A stretch of 64,000 nt of DNA, from IMG/VR virus record IMGVR_UViG_3300012984_000012, positions 32,001-96,000 of that record. The stretch is one strand, 5' to 3'. The notes beneath the pieces were generated by a model. The model made no database searches and had not been told where the DNA came from. It worked only from the letters and a program-made list of their open reading frames with translations. Positions within the stretch are counted from its first letter, which is position 1. Each line of letters begins with the position of its first letter. This document shows, in pieces, positions 19,008-29,168 of the stretch. The stretch is from a virus. The position numbers and the translations under genes are program-made.

Positions 19008-19955
19008 TCACACCAACTCATCTTCCGTGACAGTCAAGAAAGTAACGTGGTTCGTCTGACACCAGGCGACCGCAGCAGCCTGTTTAGCAACGTTGAGAGC
19101 TGTCTCGGTCAGCAATTTCGGCTTGACCTCGACGAGAAAGACACCTGACAGGCGGGTGACCAAGAAATCAGGCACGTAGTTGCGAACAGATCCTTCGAAC
19201 ACGTATGGGATGCGAAACGGCTCGTGTTCCCAAGACACGACATCCTCGCCCTCGTCTAACATCCGAGCGTAAGCGCTCTCGAACGATGACCTGAGATAGC
19301 ACGTGATGCCGCCATTCTTAACGCCAACGTAGTGCTCGCCTTTGAAACCAGTCGAAGGAGGTGACCACGAACCGCTCACCATCTTGTCAGCGACGATGAT
19401 CGAGATCTTTTCACCGAGGGCACGCAAACGAGAATCTGTTTTAGCAGTCAGTCCTCGTGACCAAGAAGGTCTGCCCAACATAGATCCTGGTTTGCCAAAC
19501 ATACCGTTGTTTTCACCGCTATTCGAACACTCATATCCACAAAATCGTTGATCTCGCTTGACAAACGAGACCGTGAACTCCTGCTTGCACCACTCACACG
19601 TCTTGGTGACATCAGGCTGTCTCGTCTGTCGCGTTGACAGGAAGCAGTCATACGAGCAGTACTTGGCGTCGTCCTTGTACGACTGCACCGCCTCATAGTC
19701 CTTGCCGCAGGCGAGACACTGCTTGGTGACACGTGTCGTCAGCGTCTTAGAGATCGCTGTCTTGGCACATTCCATCCCACAGGTCTTCTGGCCCCTGAAA
19801 CGATAGGCGACGGTGAACGTCTTGCTGCACGTTTCACACGTCAGGGTAACAGGATCGAAGCGTTTCGCGAAGCAATCGTGTGAACAGTACTTCTTGTCCT
19901 TCTTGTGTGACTTGAAGCTGATCCCACATTTTTGACAAGTGTAGTCATGCACCAT
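19008..19955 (-). CDS. Putative free-standing homing endonuclease (CxxC zinc repeats + TnsA-like nuclease)
   Basis: Four CxxC...(Y/F/T)Cxx(D/E)C repeats, then LRSSFE, YVPDF, VEVKP; own promoter TAAACA-N16-TATCAT 6 nt before ATG 19955. Confidence 0.7.
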   Translation of the reverse strand: MVHDYTCQKCGISFKSHKKDKKYCSHDCFAKRFDPVTLTCETCSKTFTVAYRFRGQKTCGMECAKTAISKTLTTRVTKQCLACGKDYEAVQSYKDDAKYCSYDCFLSTRQTRQPDVTKTCEWCKQEFTVSFVKRDQRFCGYECSNSGENNGMFGKPGSMLGRPSWSRGLTAKTDSRLRALGEKISIIVADKMVSGSWSPPSTGFKGEHYVGVKNGGITCYLRSSFESAYARMLDEGEDVVSWEHEPFRIPYVFEGSVRNYVPDFLVTRLSGVFLVEVKPKLLTETALNVAKQAAAVAWCQTNHVTFLTVTEDELV

Positions 19956-20005
19956 CAAGTAATGATACAACGCTTTGTTAAGATGTTTACCAGTAGAAAA
20001 TCGTC

Positions 20006-21235
20006 CTAGAAGTCTAACCTGACGCGGAACGTGAGGTCCCTCTCTGGTGACTTCTCCACGGGCCGAGACAGCTTCGCAACCGCGAGTAAGTTGTCGTTTG
20101 CGTCATACATGCCGACGCTGGTCACGAAGGTGAACGACTGTTGCGTGTCCTCCTGACCGATGTCGATGACCTGGATCCTGTTGTCAGTGTCCGTGTACGT
20201 TGGGTTCGACGAGTAGTTAAACTCGTCTGCCTGTGAGCGACAGAAGATCAGGGTGCTGTTGATGTTAGTGACGTTTTGGAACGTGATGGCTGTCTGTGAG
20301 CCCGATCCGAACCGACATGACGCGATGTGATCGATGATGTTGTCGATCGAGGCACTGGTCACGAAGTCCGGGATCATCACTGACGAGGTCTGGGTCTGGG
20401 TGCCTGGGCCGCCTAAGGTTATCCTTCCAAGCGGGTGCATGGCGTCGATCGTTCCCGACATGTACTGGCTCGCGCTGGTCACCTTCGACATGTCGAGGAT
20501 GACGATGCCACGATCGTAGAACATCAGGCCGACGTTACGTGCCGTGTTCGCTGAGTCGACGATGTTTCCGACCTGGCCACCGAACGACGTCAGTTTATTG
20601 GTCGCTGCTCCGATGTCCGTGTAGATAGCTGAGCCTGACGTCGAGGTGACGTAAAGATTTGGTGGTTGTAGCTGCGACTCAGCGGGAGCTGTGCCAGTAG
20701 CGTTGTAGTTGATCGACGCCGTCTGAAAGAACTTCATGGCAAACGTCTCTCGTTTGATCTGATCACGAGCAAAGAGACGCTTGAATGCGATGAACAGGCC
20801 CACGTCGATCTGGTCCGCGACGTCAGACGAGTCAAAGGGCGCCGTGAAGGCCTGCGTTGAATCTCCCAACAACGTGGCAGCGAACTGGCGATACACTTCC
20901 ATCTTCTCACGCATCATCAACGATGACGATGGAAACAGTTCCTTGCCTGCGGCATCAGTTCCCGTCTTGGTCACTGCAACAGTGTTACCATCTGGGAACA
21001 GGCCAACCGTCATGTCAAGGACAGGGTTAGCGGTCTGCAGCGTGAAATCCTGATCAAAGATCGTCTGGAACAACGAGCTCGTCACACCAGGACCGACACC
21101 TCCTGTCACGAAAACCTGGTACTTGCGACGGGAGACTGAACTGCTAACGTCTTCCTGGAGAACGTCTATAAGCTGATTCAGAAAACTCCTCGCTGTCTTA
21201 ATGTCCGACGGCAAAATTTCTTTGAAGATTGCGAT
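20006..21235 (-). CDS. Virion structural protein (baseplate/tail-like)
   Basis: C-terminal FVTSVGMYDANDNLLAVAKLSRPVEK...RVRLDF. Best RBS (GGAGG, 8 nt) points to an ATC codon at 21235; an alternative ATG lies at 21277. Confidence 0.7.
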   Translation of the reverse strand: MAIFKEILPSDIKTARSFLNQLIDVLQEDVSSSVSRRKYQVFVTGGVGPGVTSSLFQTIFDQDFTLQTANPVLDMTVGLFPDGNTVAVTKTGTDAAGKELFPSSSLMMREKMEVYRQFAATLLGDSTQAFTAPFDSSDVADQIDVGLFIAFKRLFARDQIKRETFAMKFFQTASINYNATGTAPAESQLQPPNLYVTSTSGSAIYTDIGAATNKLTSFGGQVGNIVDSANTARNVGLMFYDRGIVILDMSKVTSASQYMSGTIDAMHPLGRITLGGPGTQTQTSSVMIPDFVTSASIDNIIDHIASCRFGSGSQTAITFQNVTNINSTLIFCRSQADEFNYSSNPTYTDTDNRIQVIDIGQEDTQQSFTFVTSVGMYDANDNLLAVAKLSRPVEKSPERDLTFRVRLDF

Positions 21236-21239
21236 TTTT

Positions 21240-22163
21240 CTACCCTCCGAGTTTGACAACGATTCCGGAGTAATCATTACTCTTGTGGCTCGCCAGGAAC
21301 TCTTTATCAGTGATTCTAACTAACTTCTTACCTTGAGAAAGGAACCATTCGTCTTTTCTGCGATCAATATCGTACGAACTTTTTCCATTGGGATGCAACT
21401 GATCGTAAGGTTTGTCTAGACCGTGCCAAAACTCACCATCAAGTTCAACGTATACGTCAAGTGTTTTGACATAAGCGTCAATCAACCAAGGCTTTTTTCC
21501 GCCATGATCGATTTTTACTTGTTGATCAATGTTGTCATGACCGTAACGCAATCGTAACCACTCAAGCAACAGCATCTCTGGTTTTGAAATGATCCAAGAA
21601 CCAACTCGGCTTGCTGTCGTTCTGTATCCCTTTTGACCTGCTTCACTTAAATTCGTTCGATTCTCAGGCAACGCCAGAGGATCCTTACCGAAACGCTTTA
21701 TCACTGTCGCCTTTCTCTTTGCCTTCGGTCCGCGTGCTTTCAGCGGATGTTCTGCACCGTGACGCTCTATCATCGTTCGCTTGAACCTAGCATTCGATAA
21801 TGACGTTGGCATCGATGGAGAGCTGGCCCCTGTGGTAACCAACCTAGAAGCAATCATCTTCTCGCTTGCGCCGGCGACCTGCGATGAGAACTCGACGCCG
21901 TAACGAGCGAGCTTTGTTTGCTTCCACTGCTGTGCCAGTTTTCCGTTCGATCGACTCTTCTTGTTGCACGCTTTCGAACAAAACGTGAGCGCTCCGTTAG
22001 TTGAGTGAGCGAGCTTGTGACCATGCACGAACTCTTTTCCGCACTCATCACAGTTGAACACGTCACGACGGCGAACCTGTTGGGTGTTCCAACGCTTATG
22101 AAGATATGTCTCATCAATCGTCTTAACGAACATCAAACAGAAGGTAACACTTCTTTGATGCAT
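21240..22163 (-). mobile_element. Free-standing homing endonuclease, Vsr/DUF559-like
   Basis: CDEC...FCSKAC, KxTxxxRYG-type repeats, C-terminal IDAY...VELDGEFWHG...KD...LVRI; more AT-rich than flanks; true start may be ATG 22133. Confidence 0.75.
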
Positions 22164-22169
22164 CGTAAA

Positions 22170-22886
22170 TTACAGATTCTTGTCAATGATGACGCCGATG
22201 TCCTTGACGGCTCCTGATTGGACGCCGGTCACCTTGACGAAGACCTTGATGCGAGACTTGTTGGCCGTCGTCCCATAGACCGTGAACAGCGCGTCCGTCA
22301 GGCTCTTCACTGACAGAGTGAACTGTACCGAGCTGCCACCAAAGCTGTTCTCAGCAGGCGACCTGGTCAGGATGTAGGTGGCGCGCTGTTGTCCATCGAT
22401 GTTTTCTGGCGTTTGGCTCAAAACTTGCATGAAGAGGTTCGGAACCTCGATGATGAACGTCTGATCGCGAAGCTCTACGTCGATCGTCGTCTCGTTCTTG
22501 ATCGTCTGCTCGACAGTGGCAGTCGCCGTCTTTTGTTGGTTACGACCCAGGGTGATGACACCATTCAGGCTGTCGACGTTAGCGTCACCTGATAGCGACA
22601 TCGTCGGCAGGCGAAGCAGGTTTGGGTTTGACACGCTGATCAGCTTGTACTTCTGCGAGTGTTGTTGGTTGGTCAACGCCTCAAAGATCGGAGTGTTCTT
22701 CTCGATCTTCTCCTTGCCGACAGTACGACCGTACTTGCTGATGACGTTGTAGTTGACCTCATCATCGCCCAGAGCGAACTTGTGAATTGAGAACGAGCCG
22801 TCGTTGCGAGCCAAGAACTGACGTCCAATGTCTGTCAACACGGCATCAAGGACGATATTATTACTCGAGTGATCAAGAAATCCCAT
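22170..22886 (-). CDS. Virion structural protein
   Basis: MGFLD...LDAVLTDIGRQFLA...KFALGDDEVNY N-terminus; related to 31664-32674. Confidence 0.65.
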   Translation of the reverse strand: MGFLDHSSNNIVLDAVLTDIGRQFLARNDGSFSIHKFALGDDEVNYNVISKYGRTVGKEKIEKNTPIFEALTNQQHSQKYKLISVSNPNLLRLPTMSLSGDANVDSLNGVITLGRNQQKTATATVEQTIKNETTIDVELRDQTFIIEVPNLFMQVLSQTPENIDGQQRATYILTRSPAENSFGGSSVQFTLSVKSLTDALFTVYGTTANKSRIKVFVKVTGVQSGAVKDIGVIIDKNL

Positions 22887-23030
22887 GCGATTTTTCCTTA
22901 GCGTTCAGTCTTTGCCCGGGGCATGATGACGCAGCGTACTTCCAAATATATCCCCTACGTGTAATCCGATGACCGCATAAGTTTGGCCTGTCGAACAACA
23001 TCGTACCATGCTCAGCGTCTACGTTAAACG

Positions 23031-25055
23031 TCACTGGCTGATGACCTTTCGAGCCTGTGATCGACGGCGGGTGCCGAACCTAACCTCAGGGAACGACATG
23101 ACCCTCGCCGCCAGACGAATCTGGTCGTTGATCGTGATCGTTGCAGTGGCACTCTTTTGGCTGTCAGTATTGATGAACTGCAGCTTGTAGCTTCCTCCCG
23201 TCTGTTTGGTCGCGATGACGCGTTGGTTTCTCTCCTCGTCATCATAGAGGTAATAGTACTCGGGATTGAAGTACAGCTTCAGTTGCTTGCTGTTTGGCCC
23301 TGACACGCGGATGGTGTCGACGAACGTGTCTGCTTCGAGGTACAGGTTCGGGTATGGTTTCGGAGCACCGGTGTGGCTGATCAGCCTCTTCTGAAGCTGG
23401 TTCTTGAAAGGGTCGAACCAGACCTCATACTGAGCTGAGAAGTTTGACGTGTAACCATGAGCATCGATGGCAGCGATGGCATAGATGAACGTTGACGAGA
23501 ATGGGCTACGTTCGTGGCTGCCACGTTGCGTCTGTTGGTCCTCATGAAAATTGTGAAGACCGACCTGAAAGTCATCATCGTAAAAGAACGAACACGGTGA
23601 CGTCAGGTGTTCGACCAAGGTGGGATCTGGGTTCTCACCGTTCTCAAACTTCACCAAAGAATCATCGAAATCGTACATCTTGATCAACTCAAACGGGTGA
23701 TCGACGTCTCGGCGGCGAAACACCTGAAATTTCTTGATGTCACGCTGTGAGTTTGGTGGGAACGTCCAGTGAACCAACAGGCTACCCGGGACACCCGTTC
23801 CTGGCAGCGGCAGGCCTGTCAGTTGGTCATGTTCTTGCGTTGCTGGGTTAACACGTTCATAGTTCCACGTGAAGTTTAGGTCAGTAGGAGCTGGTGGTGC
23901 GGTCGTCTCGATGGTGTTGATGAAGACCTGGTTTGATGGCTTAGAGCTGACGAGGATCTTTAGCATCGCTACGTCACCTGTGTCATCATCGATGCCCGGG
24001 ATGGTGAACTGAGCGACGGTCCTGATCGCGTACATGTACCTTGCATTGTACTTGATCTGAAAGTCTGCTGTCAGGTTTACGTTTGGGTTATCGATGATGA
24101 TGGGACTGAGGCTCTTGGAACTTCCATCAACAGTGATCTCAGTCTTGTCAATGATGTAACCCACGATCTCGGGACCCTGTTGGTCAGCTTGAAACGCTGT
24201 GGTCCGGACCTTTATGTCGATGAACGGTACGAACGTCTTGAAGTCATCTTCGGAAACGCTCACTGACGAGCGCTGCACGACCTGGTGTTGCAGCTTCTTC
24301 GTGTACTTGTGCATGTTGCTGAGGTCGGTCGTGAAGGGCGAATGCGGGTCACGGATCGTCCTGTTCGTGATGTCATGAAACAGCTTGCTGTTTATCTGAG
24401 CGTTGACAGCAACGTTCTTCAGTCTCTGAAAGTAGGAATCGAAGATCCTTTGACCGTTGTCATTGAAGAACCTAGACCCATGCGCCCTTGAGGGCATCGT
24501 CAACGCCTTGAAGAGAAAGTGGGGTTTGATGTGCTTTGGTGTCAAGGCTGACAGCTGCTGTGCTGCCTTATAGTGACTGACGTTGGTGTCCGTGCTCTGT
24601 TCGAGGGTATGCAAGGCGTATGAACCTGACACGAAATAGTGGATCTTGTCATCGATCTCGGCGTCGTGAAAGTTAACAGCGACGTAATTGTCAGTCGCAA
24701 ACTGGTCTTCTGTCACGACCTTGTCGATGTTGTCAGCGATCAATGACCCGTTTTGAGCGTTTGTCTTAAAGACGTTGTTCCTCTGCTGGAGATCCGTTAC
24801 CTGGTTGCCAGGGTCAACTAGCTTCGGAAGCTTCCATGAGAACGTCACCGAACGGGGCGCTCGAGTCACAGAATACTGAATGAAAGCTGCATCGATCTCA
24901 TCAGCCTGTCGCTGCAGGACCTTTACTGGCACGCCCCCTGTTTCAGAAACGCTTTCGTCAGGTGTGAAAAAGTTGTAGTTGAACGTGCCTTCGAACCTCT
25001 GAATCTCTGGGACGTCGACAGCGTAAATCTCTCTTGAAGGTAACGAGACGCTCAT
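23031..25055 (-). CDS. Putative virion protein with Ig/FN3-like segment
   Basis: 674 aa; PPAPTDLNFTW...VHWTFP; in structural block. Confidence 0.55.
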   Translation of the reverse strand: MSVSLPSREIYAVDVPEIQRFEGTFNYNFFTPDESVSETGGVPVKVLQRQADEIDAAFIQYSVTRAPRSVTFSWKLPKLVDPGNQVTDLQQRNNVFKTNAQNGSLIADNIDKVVTEDQFATDNYVAVNFHDAEIDDKIHYFVSGSYALHTLEQSTDTNVSHYKAAQQLSALTPKHIKPHFLFKALTMPSRAHGSRFFNDNGQRIFDSYFQRLKNVAVNAQINSKLFHDITNRTIRDPHSPFTTDLSNMHKYTKKLQHQVVQRSSVSVSEDDFKTFVPFIDIKVRTTAFQADQQGPEIVGYIIDKTEITVDGSSKSLSPIIIDNPNVNLTADFQIKYNARYMYAIRTVAQFTIPGIDDDTGDVAMLKILVSSKPSNQVFINTIETTAPPAPTDLNFTWNYERVNPATQEHDQLTGLPLPGTGVPGSLLVHWTFPPNSQRDIKKFQVFRRRDVDHPFELIKMYDFDDSLVKFENGENPDPTLVEHLTSPCSFFYDDDFQVGLHNFHEDQQTQRGSHERSPFSSTFIYAIAAIDAHGYTSNFSAQYEVWFDPFKNQLQKRLISHTGAPKPYPNLYLEADTFVDTIRVSGPNSKQLKLYFNPEYYYLYDDEERNQRVIATKQTGGSYKLQFINTDSQKSATATITINDQIRLAARVMSFPEVRFGTRRRSQARKVISQ

Positions 25056-25058
25056 CTG

Positions 25059-28000
25059 TCAGACCTGGTCCTCTCCGTACGTTTCGATTGTCACGAAATA
25101 CTTTTCAAACGTAAGATCGCCTTGGTTCTTATCACGATCTCGAAAGCGAAACGCAGCATGGTTTGGCGCAGCCCGACCTTGGACGAACGGACGACCAGAC
25201 GGATAGTTGTTCAGGTTGAGCATGGCAAAGCGAACCATGTTACGAGACGTGTAATTCTCTGTCGCTGGGATGATGTCACCCTTGAGGATCATTTGCTTGA
25301 GCGCCGCGGTTCCCTGTGGGGTTTGAACCGTCTTATCGTAATCAATCTCAAACTCATCTGGATCGACGATAACGTTAAAGACACGATCGAACGTTTTGGG
25401 CGACACTATTCTCTTAGAGACAGCAACGGGATCTGCTAGAGGCGTTACCATGTGTGTTAGATTGCTTATCGTTCTCAATCCATGTAACATCACCGGAATG
25501 TTACGATGTGACACTGACGATAGGTTAGACTCTAGCGTGCCGATCGACTGCTGTGCAGCGAGCGTCTTGACGATGGGTTGGGCTTGGATCTTGCTAAACT
25601 GAGTGCTTGGTCCTATTGAACCTGCGATGCCCGAAGCGTTGCTTAGCTGAGGATACGTCGATGCTTTCGGTGATGTCGTCTTAGAAGGCGTGTAACCAAC
25701 CTTTCGAGGCGACGTAGTGCTAAATAAGACCCCTCCCGTGGGAGCGTGAGTCTCTGGGCTCGAGACGTTTTGGACGGTGAAGAGATTGGTCGTATACGCA
25801 ACGTAGTGTTCCGTCAACGTCTTTGTGAAATCAATGTCCATGGGCTTGTCTTGCTCGACCAGATCAAAGTGGTGATCACCGAGATCGATCCCGGTCGTGA
25901 GCTTGGCATAAACCTCTAACATGTAGCTCATCACGTGATTGTTGATGATCTCGTTTTTTTCCTGTTGGGTCAAGAAGTCATACGTCTCATCTGCAAACGC
26001 TGCCTTACGTCCATTGTTGATGTCGTCAGTATTGAGTGACCAGTAGGTGATCTCAGTAGCCGTCGCTTGGCTCTGGCCAAAGTCTCTCGTCGGTATGGCG
26101 TGTGCGATGTCTGACATCGATGGCCTCTCGGGAATCTGCAAGAACCAATGGTCATTTCGAACTGGAAACCTTGACAGCTCGAACAACATCCTCTTTGGCT
26201 TGTATATGATGTCGCTGTTCTCCAGGTCGACCTTGTACACGACCACCGACACGATGTCACTTTGCTTATCAATGAAGGTTGACTTTTTCAGGTTGTTCAG
26301 GCTGACGCGTTGTTTCAAGCGGCGTGTAAAGCCCAACGGGATCCCAACAGTGATGATCTTCTTGTTGTAACCTTTCTTTGACGCAAAATCGTCTGTCCCA
26401 AACGTGCTGTAAACTGCGTTCCTCAGCCTTGGTGACACGACGGAATCATCAAGTATCTTCAGTTCGTCGTCAGCGTCAAAGTCTCCGTCGCCATCAACGT
26501 CACCGTTGTCTGGTAACGCATCACGTTGTGAGATCCGATCGTTCAAATCATGAACCGTCGAGGCCAACAACATGATTTGTTGCTCGCTCATCAACATCTT
26601 CACCAGGTCTGGGTTGTTGATGATTGTGACGAGTTCGTTCAGCTTTGAGATCGCTGGCGGACTTTTCAGGTAATTCGAGTAGTTCTTAAACGCGCCAGAC
26701 AGTTTCTGAAGCGTGTTCATCGCAGTGTAAATCAGCTTGTGATTTAACGCGACCTCTTTCTCCATGCGAGTGGTTAAGTCGCTAGCCGAAGCCTTGTGAT
26801 TGGTCGTCGTCTTCGTGATATTGAACGTCAAGACGCTACGAATGTAATTCGTCGACACCAGCTTTTGGTCGTTGTAACAAGAGACCATTTGGATGATCGT
26901 GTCAAAGACGGCCATCATGATCGAGGTGTCTAGGTCACCGCTGAAGCGTGTTCGACCGTCGACCATCGCGCTATCGTTGGTCCTGAACGACGAAAGGATC
27001 TGTTGCATCAAGCCCTCAACGAATTTCGTCAACACTGTGCCTTGCTTGAACGACGCTGTCATGACGTCTGATGACATGGTAGACGACAGCTTGCCTGGCG
27101 CACTAAGCCTCGGAGGTTGAGGTTTGTTGGTCACGAGCATCTGTGGGATCGATTTTTCGATCTCAGAAACGATGTCCTTTATCAACGCATCAGTCAAGGG
27201 AGTGTTATCGCTTGACAGCGAATTCAAGTTGAAAAACGGGAGGCTGATGATCGGAAAGTACGATCGAGTGATCTTTGCGATCGTGTATATGAACAATGCT
27301 GACTTAACGTGGGGGTTGGTCGCAGCGAAGTTATACACAGAACCTAGGTTGTCATTCAGGACTGCGGGTAACGTGTTTCCCGTCTTAGGATCCAACAAGT
27401 TCTTCATCGACGTTTGAATGAAATCTGACGGACTAGACAATATCGATGAGAACTGTGACTGTGTGCGGTCGTACGGGTCGTACGTTCTGACGCCCAACAG
27501 GTTCATTCCATTGACAACGATGCTAAAAGAGTTGAAAGCCTTCTCAAACAGGTCACCACCTTCGTCAAGGTTAGCTGTGTTAAATCCTATCGCATTCGCT
27601 CCGTCAAGGACGCTATCAACGTAATACGTTCCCCCTGGCGTCAGCGTACCCGTGTCGCCGTCAACGTACTTTGATTCGAACGTCAGCACAGCGGCGCCAG
27701 ACGTCGTCTGGCGCTGGGCGATGTTTGCGAGAGAGTTGGTCTGTGTCGCAGGAAAATCGCTGATGTTGTTTCCGAACTTTCCAACGATCGATTCAAACAC
27801 ACCGACATTGTCTGAGGGAGAAACCTGGTAATTGAACCCACTGGACAACGCGTCCTGAACGTCACGCTGTGACATGCCGTGAGAATAACGAAATTCTTTC
27901 GAGATCAGGTTGGTCAGCGCCGCGATTTGGGCTTCCTGGCTCTTGAAGTGTACGTTCTGGTACAAGACGCTGTATGCTTGTGATATCGTGCTGACGGCTT

Positions 28001-29168
28001 TGTTGATCTGATTCGGTTTGATGGTGCTCAATTCATCCAATGGAGGCAACGCTGGAAGCTTCTGTGACAAGCCAAAGTGTGGAACCGTCTTACGAACGAT
28101 GCGAGTGGCATTGGTGTCATTTCGTTGGGTGACAGTGTCGATGTCGATAAACTCTGACGAGTGGTACTTCAACATGTCAGACATCTCAAGCAAGAACTGT
28201 AGCCAGATCTTTGTTGACGAGAATTTGTGTCTGACGATGTCAGAATTGTAGCCCAACCTAACTAACGTGTCCGGGATCGAGTACGTCACAGGCAGGTAAC
28301 GCCTGACTAAGTCGAACAACACGTTCGACGTTAGAACAGAGTTCAGTTTAGTGAAGTTCAAGTAGTGATAGTTGACGACAGCGCTTGGGTCGACAGTGTG
28401 GATGTCATCACGTAGATCCAACTGTGACTTCAGGCGTTCTAGGCTCCTGACAAGCTCAAGCAGGAAATTTGCCTGATCACGTAATGAGTCAACGTTGCTC
28501 TCGAAGCTACGGCGCCTGGTCGTGAAAGAGTCTGCTATGAAAGGATACTGTGACCTCAGACCCCTCAATGCTTGGGTGACATTGATCTGTCGCAGGTTAC
28601 GTGCTTGCAGGTGTGTATCAACGAAACGACCTGCGTCAGTCATATCAGAGTAGATGCCGCTGTTTTCGACCTGGTTAGCGAACGATTGTTGCCCAGATCC
28701 GATGTTTTTCGTGAACAAGGGCAAGAAATTCGTCAACATGACGATCTCAGGACGCTCGTGAGCGATTCCAGTCAATTGTTCGTAAGGTTCAAACTTCTTA
28801 GAAGTGACGACCAACCTGTCTGTCACCGGGTGGTTTGCCACCGCTGGTTCTAGGTGTAAGGCAAAGCTGGGCATGATGATGTTCATCATGCCGTGATAAG
28901 GTGGTAACAAGAAGGTCTTGCTGCCTCCGAGGTTGGCTGCGATCGATTGGATCGACATGTTCGTCTGGATCTTCAGGTTCGTTGAAGTCACTGACAAGGT
29001 GGGGGTAGCAATGGGAGCTTGTGACGCTGGGACCACGGAGGCCTTGATCGTTCCAGGTGTCGACACTGCTTTTTTCACGCCAGCGCCAAGATCGCTAGTC
29101 ACTGGTTGAACTTGCACGTTACCCACGGAGACGAAAGAGCCGTTGGCACCCTTAAGCGATACGATCAT
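25059..29168 (-). CDS. Large hypothetical (probably virion) protein
   Basis: 1369-aa ORF coupled to neighbours. Confidence 0.6.
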   Translation of the reverse strand: MIVSLKGANGSFVSVGNVQVQPVTSDLGAGVKKAVSTPGTIKASVVPASQAPIATPTLSVTSTNLKIQTNMSIQSIAANLGGSKTFLLPPYHGMMNIIMPSFALHLEPAVANHPVTDRLVVTSKKFEPYEQLTGIAHERPEIVMLTNFLPLFTKNIGSGQQSFANQVENSGIYSDMTDAGRFVDTHLQARNLRQINVTQALRGLRSQYPFIADSFTTRRRSFESNVDSLRDQANFLLELVRSLERLKSQLDLRDDIHTVDPSAVVNYHYLNFTKLNSVLTSNVLFDLVRRYLPVTYSIPDTLVRLGYNSDIVRHKFSSTKIWLQFLLEMSDMLKYHSSEFIDIDTVTQRNDTNATRIVRKTVPHFGLSQKLPALPPLDELSTIKPNQINKAVSTISQAYSVLYQNVHFKSQEAQIAALTNLISKEFRYSHGMSQRDVQDALSSGFNYQVSPSDNVGVFESIVGKFGNNISDFPATQTNSLANIAQRQTTSGAAVLTFESKYVDGDTGTLTPGGTYYVDSVLDGANAIGFNTANLDEGGDLFEKAFNSFSIVVNGMNLLGVRTYDPYDRTQSQFSSILSSPSDFIQTSMKNLLDPKTGNTLPAVLNDNLGSVYNFAATNPHVKSALFIYTIAKITRSYFPIISLPFFNLNSLSSDNTPLTDALIKDIVSEIEKSIPQMLVTNKPQPPRLSAPGKLSSTMSSDVMTASFKQGTVLTKFVEGLMQQILSSFRTNDSAMVDGRTRFSGDLDTSIMMAVFDTIIQMVSCYNDQKLVSTNYIRSVLTFNITKTTTNHKASASDLTTRMEKEVALNHKLIYTAMNTLQKLSGAFKNYSNYLKSPPAISKLNELVTIINNPDLVKMLMSEQQIMLLASTVHDLNDRISQRDALPDNGDVDGDGDFDADDELKILDDSVVSPRLRNAVYSTFGTDDFASKKGYNKKIITVGIPLGFTRRLKQRVSLNNLKKSTFIDKQSDIVSVVVYKVDLENSDIIYKPKRMLFELSRFPVRNDHWFLQIPERPSMSDIAHAIPTRDFGQSQATATEITYWSLNTDDINNGRKAAFADETYDFLTQQEKNEIINNHVMSYMLEVYAKLTTGIDLGDHHFDLVEQDKPMDIDFTKTLTEHYVAYTTNLFTVQNVSSPETHAPTGGVLFSTTSPRKVGYTPSKTTSPKASTYPQLSNASGIAGSIGPSTQFSKIQAQPIVKTLAAQQSIGTLESNLSSVSHRNIPVMLHGLRTISNLTHMVTPLADPVAVSKRIVSPKTFDRVFNVIVDPDEFEIDYDKTVQTPQGTAALKQMILKGDIIPATENYTSRNMVRFAMLNLNNYPSGRPFVQGRAAPNHAAFRFRDRDKNQGDLTFEKYFVTIETYGEDQV

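Noticed and set aside
15049-19955. Tn7-like transposon suggested by TnsA-like domains
   Set aside because: No TnsB/TnsC genes or terminal repeats; the fold is explained by gp4-like and homing nucleases.
21240-22170. Group I intron around the endonuclease
   Set aside because: The ORF fills the whole interval, leaving no room for a ribozyme core, and the flanking genes are complete.
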